A stretch of DNA of 64,000 nucleotides from Geosiphon pyriformis uo1 (taxonomy: Eukaryota; Fungi; Glomeromycota): the NCBI GenBank assembly GCA_016748015.1, contig JAAOMT010000436.1:362703-426702 (forward strand). Direction: 5' to 3'. Numbering within the stretch: the first letter of the stretch is position 1; each line of letters starts with the position of its first letter. Of the stretch, positions 1 to 14,310 are shown in pieces. The notes under the pieces are model-generated. The model was not told the origin of the DNA. It was given only the letters and a program-made list of their open reading frames with translations, and did not search any database. The translations under genes were made by a program, and so were the position numbers.

Positions 1-131
1 CTTTCTTGCATTTTTGTTTCGGTTTCTCCCTTTCATCAAATCTTCCCATTGCATCGGAGAATGGTTTTTGAGATTTGACGTTTTCTTTTATCAAAAGCTT
101 CATTCTCGCCTGTTTTTCACCTTCTTTTTAG

Positions 132-1137
132 GTGAAGCTGCTGTTGGTAAATCCAGTTTGGTACTGAGATTTGTGAATAACGAGTTTCAAGACAATAAAG
201 AGCCTACTATCGGCGGTAAGCTCATAAATTTTTTACAACAAACTTATTTGTGCTGGAATAATTTGTTGAATTAAAATTTTATCAAACATTTGATCTATCC
301 TATGATGAGCTAATTACTACATGGCTCTTGTCTTTTTTGATGAAAATTCTAGCTGCCTTTTTGACGCGGAAAACCCGGTCTGACGAAAAATGGGTCAAGT
401 TCGAGATTTGGGATACTGCTGGCCAAGAAAGATTTCACTCTTTGGCTCCAATGTACTATCGTAATGCCCAAGCGGCCGTGGTGGTTTATGATGTCACAAA
501 AGCCGTAAGTATTTATAGACCCATGATTGAGATGGTCCTTCTCAACTATAATTACGCCAATTTAATGATTAGTGCATTATATAAATGACATTTCTGACAA
601 TTATCCTGCGTCTTAATCATTTTAACTAACATAAATAGTAATTTTTATCAAAATATATGTAGGCATCTCTTGAAAAGGCTAAATCTTGGGTAAAGGAGCT
701 TCAACGTCAAGCGAATCCTAATATTGTTATCGCTCTCGCTGGAAATAAAGTAGATCTTGTCCAAACTGTCCAGGAAGGTGAGGAAGAATCTATGGAGAGC
801 GGAAGACAAGTCCCAACTGAGGAAGCCAAAGCTTACGCCAATGAGGCTGGCTTGTTGTTCTTTGAAACAAGTGCGAAAAGAGGGGATGGTGTTGATTTGG
901 TATTTTCAGAAATCGGTATGGTTATTCTCATTTCGTTTCGGAGATTCTTTCCAAACATTTTGCAAAATCTATATTCATATTCATCTAATTTTAGCCAAGA
1001 AAATTCCTTTGGAACATATTCTCTCCAATATGCGATCCGCACGTTCAGGTGGTCCAGGTCTCTCCAGACCCGTAAACTTGACTCAATCGCAGGGACTAGG
1101 ACCGAATGGCAGAGATCCAGGCAATTGCAATTGTTAA
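132..1137 (+). CDS. VPS21: Rab5-family GTPase (Vps21/Ypt51-like), 5' exon(s) outside window; visible exons 132-215, 353-504, 663-915, 995-1137
   Basis: Spliced translation gives GEAAVGKSS (P-loop), [31 protein letters not shown] and a C-terminal CNC prenylation motif; GT-AG introns at each junction. Confidence 0.9.
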
Positions 1138-2367
1138 CTCAATCATTTCGAGTAAATCAATTTCAGTATTTTTTCTTCCTTTTTTCTTTTTATAATCAGA
1201 ACAGAAATTTGAAAAATTACTCTATGAATTATATTAGCTTGTGGATTTATACTCTCTTATTTCACTATATATTTTTTATTGTTCTTTCTCCCTTATAAGT
1301 CGGTTTTTTGGGAATAATTTATTTTTTGAGTTTATTACCCAAGTATCCCTATATGTATAGATGTTGGGGAATGTTTCGGGCGATTGAGTGAGGAGTATAT
1401 TTTTGTCCCTCATTCGACGTCTTTGGTTCGATTTATTTTATATTTAGATTGAAATTGGTTTCTAGTTGTTGGGGAAAATGATGATAATAATTTTCCAGCA
1501 AATGGTCTTGTCCGAATTTTTCTTGTTTCACCACCACGCACCTCCTTTTTTAACTAGTTGTATTTTTTCATAAACTTTTTTTCATATATGCTTTCTTTTA
1601 TGAAATGTTCGAAGGGAAATTATTGGTGCTCCCTGAAAAAAATCCGGAAACGCAATCTTATTCTTACATGTGCTATCCAGGACTTCCCGAAAGAATTGAA
1701 CATTATCCCTTTCATTCTTCACCTCTATTAATACCACCAGTGGCATTAATATTATGTACAAGTGTAAATAAAGAAATTCGATTTTTATTTTCAGTATAGT
1801 ATTATGAGGTTGAGGGTTGGATAATTTTTGTGAGTTACGAGCCTATGCAAAAATGTTTAGAATCAAGGAATGCATGGATTTGACATGATGCTACAGTATT
1901 TTTTTGAACTACACAGAAAAAGTCTTATAAACCTATTGACGAAAATGATTATCTTATTTATCGTTATGGAACGGGCCTTTTTGCACAATTAGTAATATTC
2001 GCCATGTTTTTATTCAGAGATGAAGCCGATGAGGAAATTATATTAATTTTGTTGCTAATGTTCGTTCATAAAAAATTCTTCCTCTACCAAGTCGTTTTCT
2101 TCCAGTTTCACAAATTTATAATTAAAAATTTGAATACATAATTTTAAATAATATTTTTTTTAAGCTTAAAATATTTGTATTTGTTTATGTTAATTTAATG
2201 TGTTTAATTTTTAATATTTTTATACGATATAAAATATTAAAAAAAGAATTATTTTGTAAAAGTGACCAATAATGTATGATACTGATTATCACATTTTTTA
2301 GCGTTCACGTGTTTAATTTACTCATAAAAATGACTTTTTTCCTTTTTATCCAACTCGCAAAAAAAAA

Positions 2368-3781
2368 ATGCATTCACGGGTTTCGCCTCTCTACATTCGT
2401 GCTCCTATTACTTCTCTAGATCCCAATACAGTATGTTGAATACTTTTTTAAATTGGTAGTGAGTTTATTCAATGAAAAATTGTTGATACTCCATTTAAAA
2501 ATACCTTTTGATAGCTTTATCTTCCATCTTTTGGGGGTCTTTCGCGTCCGGAAATCGACCAACTCATTAAAAGAGAGGGAGTCCCTACATTTTCTGTAAG
2601 TCTGTTTTTCTTTCTTTACATAAGCACTTAAGCAGCAACATTTGTAACATATGTGCTTAAAAGAGCTTTTCAGGACCTTATATAATTAATACCATTATTA
2701 GACAATATAAATTTATTGTTCCTTTGTGTTTTTCTTTTGGCTCTTTGTTCAAGTGTTTGAGCATAAAAACCCGAGTTATTTAGTCTATATTCAAAGAATG
2801 TTAATTTGATTTTTTTTTTTACAGTTGCCGATGAAATTTGGAGCATTATCATTTCGTACACCTGTTAGTAATAGTTGGAAAAAAAGCAATACTAAAGTTA
2901 AAGAATTCAAAGAGGTACAATATTCTACCAAAGTAGATGAAAAACTAGAGAAAGAGGGGCAAGAAAGCAAAGACGAAAAACATACTTTTAATAATACCAC
3001 CACTATTGAAATAAACGATTCATCTGGTTCCCTGGATGAAGTTTATTCGGATGGTACAGCTTTGGAAAATACTGGCAAACAGATCGATGATATTCAGGGT
3101 GTCTCTGTTGAAGCATCACATGAATCAAGAGATCAACTTGTTCATGACACTCACACTTGGAAAGTTTTAGTTAAAACTTGGGACAAAAAAATGATAACAC
3201 TTGAAGTCCAACATACAGATCAAATATCATATATTAAAAGAAAAATTCAAGACAAGATGGGAATTTCAACCAATCTTCAGCGACTCTTTTTAAAACAAAA
3301 ACAGCTTGAAAATGAACGGACATTATCTGATTATTTAGCTTCCAGCCAAGATATCCTTGAATTAATCCTTCTTCACCGAGGTATATTACAAATAGACAAC
3401 TATTCAATAATCAATCAAGCTATAAATTCTGCACCAGCATCGAATGCAACGTTACAACTTCCAGATTTTACATCTGATACAGGAAATCAACATAACCAAT
3501 CATCATCTATCCCATTGAAATCATCCTTTCGCCGAGGTAAAATCATATCTAAATTTTTTATCGCCTTAAAAACATCTAAAAAAACCCATTTCCTTTTCAG
3601 GCATTGCTGCAACAATTCTCAGTATTGAAAATAGACCTAAAACGGTGCGATGGGAAGTGGACAATGAACTCACTCTCTATCGGGACTCAAGCTCGATCTG
3701 TAAATTCATGAATTCTATAATATCTGAATTTTTTATATCGCTCTTTTGAAATTGATTTGATAATCAGCATCTCAATTTTAG
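2368..3781 (+). CDS. Ubiquitin-like domain protein; predicted exons 2368-2430, 2515-2595, 2825-3536, 3601-3699, 3768-3781
   Basis: Phase-consistent GT-AG splicing; central exon encodes VLVKTWDKKMITLEV...IKRKIQDKMGI...QRLFLKQKQLENERTLSDY, a ubiquitin fold without the C-terminal GG; last exon uncertain. Confidence 0.7.
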
Positions 3782-6700
3782 TGGAAGATTTGTCCGCTTT
3801 TTATCTGAGTTTCAAAACCCGCATCGGAATGGGAGTGAAAACCCAACCCATTCGAGAAACCAAATAATAATAACGTAAGAAAGAATATTCATTTATGTAA
3901 TTTTTGGTTTATATAATTTCGAAATGAAAAATGCCCTTAAAATATAGTTATTGATTTTCCTTTTTGCTTTCGACGAACCTATCTTGCAATCTTCATAAAG
4001 CCTTAAATAAACTTGAAATGCCTCGATTCCGGTGTATATGTCAAACCGAGGAAATTTTTCATAACTCAAAAGTATTAGAATAATTTTTGGTAACATAAGT
4101 GCAGTAAATGGTAATGTTATGAACTTGGCTATTTTGTCTTTTGATCGAAAACTATTGTATGATACTAATAAACTTAATAGGAGATTAGGGGCTTCACTAA
4201 AGAATAAATTTCCTCACACCATCTCAAAATGTAAAATATTGCTGTTACAAGGTTTGAAGGGTTTTGTTTGATGTTTTATAGGGTTTCGCATTAAACGGTA
4301 AGGTTATGAATAATCCTACTTGGCAATTATTTCCCTTTATGAACCTGAATATAATTAATAATTATAATGATGCGACAGATTGAAATTCTACCGTGATGTC
4401 TTGAGACTGAATTCTATTCCGACGATGCCAAAATCTGACTGATCCCTAAAGAAATATAATTTAAATAATTGTGTCGGTCTTATTCAAAATTATTATTATC
4501 TAGGCTAATAATTAATTTCTTCACAAAATCTAGCTCGGATGTCACAATCGGCTCCATGATTATTGGCGAGAACGATTTCTCCAAGGTTATTCAGTAAAAT
4601 AAGTTCGAGGTAAAAATCTATAGCTTATAATTTCCGAATACTGGCTTTATTCCGATCCCAATAATCTGGATGGAAAAGGCTTAAATAAGAAAGTTCCGAA
4701 ATAACATGTATTGCAACGTAACATCAATTTAGAAAATTTAATTATGTGATGGTATATTTATTAAAAATTGTATGAACCTCCCCCCCTCGGGAACAATGAA
4801 AATAATGCTCGAAAATTATTTTTTCTGTCTGGACTTCCTTCAAGTTTGGCTTTGCAAAGAAAACCTTGGGAAAGGTGAAAGAACGATTCTAAAAAAATCA
4901 AAAAAAGCGAAGTTTACTGATAATTAAAACCCAAAAAAAGGTTTTGCGTGAAAATAAAAATAATTGTACAAGAAGTTCAATCTCAACATGAAAGATGACA
5001 TGATCACTATTAAAAATCTCAGCGCTCGCAATAAACGAAGGTCGAATACAACATTAATATTTCCAGAGATCTCGCCTTTTGCATTCTTTGAGGGACTGAC
5101 TACATAGAAGACATTTGGCGAACAAAATAGGATATAAGATCTTGATTCTCTCTCCTGGGACAAATATGGATGGTTTATTATCAAATCCACTCGACGTGGA
5201 AGGACCGATCTTGCACAATGTGATTCAAACTTCTTTATCACACAACCCGTTTCAAGACATTTAACCACAAAATTATTAAAAAGCACGAGAAGAGTGATTG
5301 CAAAAGCATTTTAACATGGAACTAAGTTTGAAATAATAAAATTGCCCTGTTTGTATAGCTCTTAACTTCACACCTCCATTCAATTGTTAATAAGGAGCCA
5401 TAGTCTTTAACTCTAATTGTTTTAAACAAAAGTTTGTGCATGTGGGTGGTGCCAACATCAATATCAATATTATAAGTGTGGATGATTATGCCAGCATTTG
5501 CAACCTATTGTGGTATCCAAATAGCATAATTATCCATAAGTATAATTTTATTGCCATCGATATCTGTTTGTTTCCCGGTCAGGTCGAAAATCCTGGAAAA
5601 GAAGATACAAGAAATTAGAAATATTTCTTAGCTAGCATATCTCTGGTACATATCGGATATCCGATTTCCCATCCCACAAGATCAGCGAGAAACCTTTAAC
5701 ACCAGATAACCGAAAAAGTCACCTGTGCCCCAGTGGGACCAGTGCTGGATCAGCTGGTTTTGTGGCTCAGCGAGCAGCCTTGAATGACAAAGAACCGAAA
5801 AAGTCCCTGTCACGCCACTAATTTCTAACCAAAAGATTTTACTTGCCTTTTTATATTTATCAAATAGCAGACCTGCAATAATTTCGAGGGATTTGGTATA
5901 ACAATTTATCTTGAGGTCAAATTGTTCTATTTAGGAAGTCCAAATTGTTCCATTTCGCAGACTTGTGTTCAAAGTACTCATGTATTTTGTTTTCCGACAT
6001 TAGCTAAAAATATGCTGTCTCCACGGACTTTAGATGCGTGTGTGCGAAGCAAACATGGGATCTAAAATTTGGGGATTAGTGCTTATGTAAAAAATCGTGG
6101 TTACCCAAAAATAATCAGTGAGCCAAAAATCCCAAGACGTTCAACACGGTAATTCAAAGAAGTTGTATTAATGCAACTCAGCGAGTTGCAAAAACCCTTG
6201 ACTTTCAGTATTGATCTGATACTCTTGGAGTTCAGAAAGTTTAATAGATAAGCCAATGGTAATTAAACTTTTACAAATCGATTCTGACAAATAATCACTT
6301 GGAGACCTTATGTCTAAGTGCGACAACGTCTCACCTACCAGGTGTGAGCCATCTTTTAAATGATCCTCTTCTTGAAAACAAAGGAGAATATTTTTAAAAT
6401 ATTATCCTGTAGCCAAAAGAATAGGACAATTAGTGTTCTGCCCATCTACTTTGTCCAAGTATTAAGGAGAAAGTGATAAATGCTTGTATTAAAATCAATT
6501 TTTGGTTAAGAATTTAACGAGACACTGATACTGAAGATAGTCAGCAGTGGAGATGACTGACTTATATAAGTATGATTCTCCATTTATAAAAGAGGGGAAG
6601 ACGTGATTCCCAATTATTTGTTGAATTAAAACATACAAAAAATTAAAATAACTTGAGATTTCGTTTTTTATTTATAATATTAAAGACATTTTCGATTTGA

Positions 6701-6877
6701 TTCTTTGATTTCAATCAGTAATTGATTTTATAGACTCAACAAATGATGTAATGCGGTTTGTGAAATTTTGACTAAGAAATTTACTGCTTAATCAAATAAG
6801 TCTAAGCCAAAGGCGAAGATACCAAAGACATAGGAAATTTTGATAAAAGCATATTGCCGATCTGGGTACATTCAGGC

Positions 6878-8681
6878 TCATCCTGTTCTTTTAAAAGATG
6901 ATCGTCGCTCCCTAACATTATAAATCTTTTCTTTGTCCTCGGAAGGGTTTTCTTCTTTCGGCTTTTTTTCACGCTTTGGCTTTACTTGGGGTGGAGATGC
7001 AGGCTCGAAGTCAACAGGTGTTCCTGTTGCAGGCCGCTGATCAACAGCATTTACATATACGTTCAAAACAGGTGACCATACATAATCGTGGTTCAAAAGT
7101 CTCAGAAGCCTTTTATAAGCATCTACCGTTGCATAAGGAATACCAGATTTAGGATCTTTATATTTAGCTGCAAGACCCGTAAATGGACACAAAACCTTTT
7201 TCATTTCTGGGAAAAGCGTATTGACGATTAAAAATCAAAGTTGAGTATATATGAGAGTCATTTAAAAGTAAAAGAAAAGAAGAAAATCGATATACTTAGG
7301 GGTTTTTTCCGCCACTCTTCGAATATTTTTGCCTCTTCATCTTTGGAAAAATTTTCAAAAATAAAGAGTTTTTTAGCCTGTCGCTTATTCACTTGCGGAT
7401 CCCCAAACCCGTCTGCACCATTCCACCACTGTACACCACTCAACTCTCGCGCAATATTCTTGCCATCTTCCCCACTTGACACTTCAACTATCAATTTTTT
7501 TTGTCTATATTGATCGTCGTCACCTTCTATATAAGATAGGTCACGGATAAATGGTCCCTCAATGAAATTTTTTTTGAAAGGTCGTGCTGATTCAATTTTT
7601 TTTGCTTCCCTTAATTCAAATTCTCGAAGCGAGGCAATGTTCGCTGCTTCAATTATTTTTGCTTCTTCAAGAAGTTCTTCCTGAGTCTTTGGTTGAACAA
7701 TAACTTTTTCACGTTTCGGTAATTGGGCCTAGATAATAATCAAAAAATTACTGATACTTTGATCAAAGAATATGCTTAGTTGCGAAAGATTATTTACCAA
7801 CCCTTCTCCTCTCATATTCCTTTAACTTTCTCTGCAAGATTTTTTTACTCTCTACGGTTTGCCGTCTTGAAGAAGATCGAACTCCGTTTAATACTGGGAC
7901 TGAAGAAATGAAGAGGATAAAAACTTTGAGTGTCTTGAAAAAGAATTAAGCCTCTAAAATAAAACTGAAAGTCAAGGAGAGGTTGGTGACCTGTAGATGC
8001 CGAAGGTTTTTTTGTCCGGATGGGTTTTCGCACCATGTACTCATTAGCCCCAGGCATTGAAGTAATTCGCCCAGAATTTGTCAAAGGTGGTGTTGTAATT
8101 TCAGGAAGTTTGCGTTTTCTGAGAACAGGACCAAGTTGGGTTAAACCTTTTTTATTCGCTGCCTGATTGAATTTACAAGCTTTAGTTTACCAGAAGCAAA
8201 TTAAGATTTTAGATTATAGAGAGTCCAAATCCCCAAAATTCACATCTGCCCTCGAAGACACACCTTCTTTGCCCTTTTCTCGTCGATTAGGATCTGTTTT
8301 TCTGCATCCTCGTTGTCCTCTTCCTCATGTCCACTACTTTGGTCAAAATCAGAATCCAAGATATCATCATCATCTGGTTCAAAAGATCATAACCTTTGTT
8401 AATGGTAAGGATATTTCCGCCAAAATTGAAAAAGTAAGGATGGCACAAAGCAAACCCAAGGGATACCATAATTTACAGTAAAATCTTCGTCGTTATCCAC
8501 TTCTAAGAAAATCTCATCAACTTCTAGTTCCCGTTGTAAAAGTTCATACATTCTAAAAGGGAACGACGTGTAAATCTAGTATAAAATTCTCTTTACTCTC
8601 CGCCATGAATTTTGCCAAAAATAATGCAGCTCACCGGTTGCCTGCGTTAGGCCGTCTTTCTCTTGTTGCCACAAGTGACAT
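6878..8681 (-). CDS. VPS72: Vps72/Swc2/YL1, SWR1 complex H2A.Z chaperone subunit, multi-exon
   Basis: N-terminus MSLVATRERRPNAGNR|MYELL followed by an acidic tract; TQEELLEEAKIIE motif; C-terminal YL1_C CPFTGLAAKYKDPKSGIPYAT; several GT-AG introns. Confidence 0.88.
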
Positions 8682-9299
8682 TTTGAAAAGCTTGTAGGCG
8701 TAAAAAAAATTTGTTGGTTTAAGAGAATTCGCCAAAGTTTTAAGATATCTGTGAAAATAACAACCTATATGATCGTCTTAGAAAAATAATGTTAATTTCC
8801 TAAGGTTACAGTGCTCCCATAATTCACATGACATTAATAATTACATGCTTAATTAATTCTTTAATAATAAATTTTTTATAATAATATATTTATAAAACTT
8901 GCAAAAATAATATATTATATAAAAAACATTTTTTTGTTGATTTTTTAATAATTAAAAACAATTAAACTATATATTTAATTAAAGTATTTTATTTTGTTTA
9001 ATATTTTAATTTTTTTTATTAATTTATTTATATTGTTCAAACCAAAGTTAAAACATTAAAATATCATAAAACCTATTAAATAAAATAATAATAATAATAA
9101 TAATAAACCTAATAAAAAAAGTAAGTTAAAATAAAAAAACACAGTAAAAACAAAAAGTTAACAAATTAATTAATATTATTTGAATATATAAATAATTTTT
9201 TTTTATGTTTAACAAGTAAGATCTACACATTATTATTATGGATTGACTAAACACTTTTTAAAAAATTGCAATAATTTTTTATTGTCTTTTTTAGCTCTT

Positions 9300-9945
9300 A
9301 AAAACAATAATATTCAGAACAACAAAATTATTAACAATAATACTTCTAATTAAAGACTTTATTATGACAATAAAAAAAATTTCTTAGTTAAAACCATTAT
9401 TTATTAGCCTTTAAACTAAAAGATATATTTTTAAAAAGTAAAAGTACAAATCAATTAGAAAAATTTTTTTTTTACACTTTTAACTTAACTAATAATAATC
9501 ATAACATAAATAAACTGGCTATTAATTTCTTTAACTTAACAAAAAAGAAAAAAGAAGCCAAAGTTAATTTTATTTTAGATTTTAACAAAGTCTCAACTTT
9601 TACTGTTAATAATAATAAGTTATTAAAAGCTAAAGTCTTTAAAAATTTTCCAAAGCTAGAATTACTAAAAATTATACAAAAATCTAAATCTTATTTTATT
9701 GTTAAAGATTTTATAAAAACCCTAATACACTTTACTTTCAACTAATTAATAATTTATCTATAATTTAAAAAAAATTTTCACAAATCTTTAATTTCAAAAA
9801 AAAAACCAAAAACCAACAAACACTTTTGTTAAGCTAAACTTGCTAATAATAGTAATATCACTCTTTTAATTTGTAAAATTTAAGTAATTAATTACTTTAT
9901 TGATTTAATTTTAAATAATAGATTATCTGTTAGTGTTATTGCCAA
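9300..9945 (+). pseudogene. Heavily decayed Gypsy gag/protease remnant
   Basis: Degenerate protease-like segment DLILNNRLSVSVI near 9902-9940, resembling LILDSGSAGSII; extremely AT-rich. Confidence 0.4.
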
Positions 9946-10585
9946 TATTACCAGAGTTTTTTGGTTTTTTTTTTTGAATGTTGTTGTTTATTGTTTTGCT
10001 GTTAATTCTGAATTATTAAAAACTTATAAATTTTCAATAATTAAATTTATCTTCAAATTATATCTTATAATTTAAACTACTAGACTTATGAGTAAAATGG
10101 CCAATTTTATGCCAATTATTTGTATAGTTACTTTGCAGTAAAAGTTAACTCTTTCCCAAAAATTGCTTATCTAAAAGCTCACTAAAAAATATGTAATTAC
10201 TTTGCTGTAAAAATTAACTTTTTTTTAAGAATTACTCATTTAGAAGTTCACTAAAAAATATATAATTATTATGAAAGTTAACTTTTTTCCAAGAATTGCT
10301 TATTTGAAAGCTTACTAAAAAATATATAGTTACTTTATTATAAAAGTCAACTTTTTTACAGAAATTTTATCTATAGACTACTCTAATATATATAATATAA
10401 AAAATATAAGAAAAAAAAAATTTTGTTAAGGAAATTATTTTTTGTTTAAGCTTAGAATCATTAAAAAATTACTGAAATTAGTAGTTAATTAATTTTAAAA
10501 TATTAGTTAAAATTTGGAAATTTTAAGTGTAATAATTTAAAAAATTTGTTTTTTAAAATATTTGTTTTATTAATTTTATATATAT
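9946..10585 (-). mobile_element. Truncated family-C LTR remnant
   Basis: Collinear with 37515-38040 and 56661-57190 apart from transitions; contains about four copies of a ~60 bp unit at 10134-10375. Confidence 0.8.
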
Positions 10586-13500
10586 TGTTATTTATAAAAA
10601 ATAGAAATTATAATAGTTAGATAAAACAGCCAATAAGAAATAAGTGTAGTAAAATGGAAATTCCAAAAAAATTTTCAAGAAATTTCAGGATTTCAGAATT
10701 CTAAAATCCCAGAATTTTTTTCAAAGAATTAAAAAATTTCAAGGAATCTTATATAACAAAAATTATGTATATATAACAAGAGTATTAAAAGTAAGAAAAA
10801 ACATTGAAAAATTCAAACAAATAGTTAGAGACAAGTAATTAAATATTTTTTTTTTCAAAAGTTAGATTTTTACATCTTGAAATAAAATCATCTAAATATC
10901 AAATAAAATTATTGTTTTATTATTTAAATTATTAAACTAAAATTGCTATTTCTTAACTACATTAACAATTCATGTTAATAACATTTGCCACTTAATCATA
11001 TTGGACTAATAGCTTTTAATTATAACTATTAACAGAATACTAATTTTTTATTTTTATTTTTTATTATTTTTGTTTTGTTTTTATTGTTAACTAATTAATT
11101 AAAAAATTAAGTGCTAAAATATTGATGTTAAAGATAGCCTAATAAAAAACCTGTGAAACAAGAATAACAAACTTAGAAAAAAAAATAGCTTATCAGAAAA
11201 GCATAATTGTTAGATTAAATTAGTTATTATGCTAAAAAAATTCATAGAAGAAAATATTATTTAAATCTCTGTTTATTATACAAAAAACTTTAACAAATTT
11301 CTTAGATTTTGAAAATCTTTAGAAATTAACAGTATTATTAACTATTGAGCACTAAGTTATAAGTTTGTTATTTATTTTAACACCCAAATAATTACTTGTA
11401 ATATTTGGTGTTCTTTGTAAAATATAATTTAACAAAAAACTAGCACCAACATCAACTAAAAATTAGAGAGATACTTAACTAACAATTAAGCAATTTATTA
11501 GCCTTTACAATGTTGTAACAATTAAGAAAACTCCAATTATTTCCAAAATTAATTGCATTTATCATCAACAAATTAACTATAATAACAAAAAATACATAAT
11601 TGTTACTATTATAGTAAACAAGGCCATTTAAAAGCAGATTGTCACTTTAAATTTAATAATTAATGATCAAAAAATTAGTATTAAAATCTTAATCACAGAT
11701 TTCAAACTCCGAATTACATCCCAAATTAAGAACAATATTAATATTAGCCTTATTACACCCCAATGATACAACAACTAATATATGTATCTTTAGTTTATAA
11801 GACTTTAGCACCAGTAATCTATTAACTATAACTACAAATAATTTATCAACCACAGTCACAAGTAATTTATTAAACTCAAACAATTCAAATACCACTTCAA
11901 AATTTAGCTTAAATAGCAATCAGAAATTAAAGACCAAGAATTACACATATTTAACAGGACTGGTAATTGATAATAGTAAGACACCAACCAATTTCCAATT
12001 CGTTAAATCAGCCATTAAGATCATGTCAGCAGAGTTTAAGAAATAAGTACACCCAAAACCCAAATTTTCAGAACTATTTAAGTCTCTTGATTATTCCAAA
12101 AAACAATTCATTTAACAACTTAAAACCCAATCTAATACCATTCACTAACAATATTCCACCAACAATGGTCACCAAAAATAAGTTACTTACAGCTATTTTT
12201 TTTTCAAATTAGAAGAATCAGCAATAACACTTCTATTTAGTAGAGCTGTTTTTAATGTTAAACCAATTATCATAATATATATGAATGCCAAAGTCTATGA
12301 CTAATCTATTAAGCTAATTCTTAATAGTAGGTTAGCAGACAGTATTATCATATGACAATTCATAAACCAACTAGGTTGCCAAATTGATTGTATTATTAGC
12401 ACCAAAATTATTACAGTCAATGGAACAATAAAAACTTCTATTGGCAAATTAATAACTTTTCTTTTAAAGTTAAAGACATTATCACATTAATTAAAGTGTT
12501 GGTAATAAAAGCTACACAATATCAAGCTTTTATTAGTAATAATTGGCTGTTCAAAACCAATGCTATGCTTGATTGAAATACTCAGAAGCCATAGCTTAAT
12601 TAAGATAATTAGCAAACTCAAGTATTTGCTACCTATGGCCACTTTAAAACAAACACACCATTTAATTACCACTAATTAAGTTCAAAAAAAAAAAACCCCC
12701 TATTTAAAAAATTTATTAAGTCTTGTAAGCTAAAGATAAACACAACAAACCATCACCAATACTCTCTTGGAATAATAATAAAAAGAAAAGAAAAGAACAA
12801 ACTGCAAGTTAACACCTTTTCAAAAGAAACAAATAATAATTAATATGTTCTATACTTATCAAAACCAAAAAAAAAACTATTCTACTACCAAAATATAGCA
12901 CTCACTTAAAAAAAACAAAAGCAGTATTTAGTATAATTAACCACTAAACTCTGTAAACATTATATAATTCTTAGTAACTTTGAATATTGTAATAATTATA
13001 ACTTTATTTACAATCTATTACCATGTTTAATTGATTTAATTTTTAAAAAAAAGAGCCAATCAACAACTGTGCTTCAGAATTAGAATCAAAATTTAATTCT
13101 GATTCAGACTTCAATGATGACAACAACAATAATTCTAATTCTGCTTAAAATAGCAATAACAATAATAACAATTCAAACTCCAATAAAAACTTCAAACAAT
13201 ATATCATGCTTTTAAATCTTTTATCAAAGCAAAAACATAAATGGTTTAGCAATAATAATGAGAGTATTAAATTAAAACATGTACATGATACCAATATAGG
13301 GTTTAAACTCAGATATCTAGAAAAAACTGCCATTAGATTAGAATATTATTTGCATATTAGTATAGAATTAAAAAATTTAAAAGATTTCAATAGAGCTTAA
13401 TATTAAAAAAAAATATTATTACTCATAGAAATTTAGGAATTTTTAATAAAGATATAAAGTAGCCAATTAGAAATAAGTATAGTAAAAAAAAAATTTCAGA

Positions 13501-14310
13501 ATTTCTCTTAAGAAATTACAAAATTCCAAAAATTTCAAGATTTCTTTTGAGAAATTACAAGATTTTAGAAATTCTAAAATTTTTGGCTAAAAAAATTAAA
13601 AAAATTCAAGAAATCTTATATAACATAAAATATATATATATAGTAAGAGTATTAAAAGCAGAAAAAATAATTTTTAAAGAATTTAATAGAGTTTATGTTA
13701 ATTTAAAACAATACTACTTTCTTCAAAAAATAGTTTTCTACAACTTGAAGTAAAATTATTTCTATATTAATAAAATTATTCATTATTATCAAATCTATAT
13801 TATTATCACTTGATTAAGAATATTAATCACTTTTACTACTATCAACACTTTATGTTGATAAAATCCAACACTTAACCATACTAAAACAATAGTTCTTGAT
13901 TACAGTTATTAACAAAATACTAATTTTTTATTTTTTTTTCTTAATTTTTTATTTTTTTTATTTTATTTTATTGTTGTTACTAATTAATTAAAGAGATTAA
14001 GCATTAAGTATTTAATATCAAAGATAATTTGGTAAAAAACCCAGGAATAAAAGTAGAAATTTAAGGATAGCTTATCAAAAGAGCATAACTGTTAGATTAC
14101 ACTAGCCATTATGCTGAAGAAAAAAATTCATGAAATAAACTTCTAAAAAAGTATTAAAATAATCATTGATTTCTGTTTATTATACAAAAGACTCAATCAA
14201 AACCTTTAGATTATGAAAACTTTCAGAAAATACCAACATTAACCAGCTATTAAACATCAAATTACAGATTTGTTATTTGTATCAACACTTCCAAATAATC
14301 ATCTGTAACA
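10586..14310 (+). mobile_element. Internally deleted, decayed Ty3/Gypsy element E1 (family-B LTRs 10586-11403 and 13417-14310)
   Basis: Paired LTRs, PBS remnant TGGTGTTC at 11406, gag knuckle/protease/Cys-rich/dUTPase-start remnants, then joins directly to the pre-PPT motif at ~13383; no RT or IN. Confidence 0.8.

Noticed and set aside
4200-6500. Small ORFs (4924-5286, 5436-5618) and a short direct repeat ACCGAAAAAGTC near 5709 and 5794
   Set aside because: No recognisable domain or consistent exon chain; treated as intergenic
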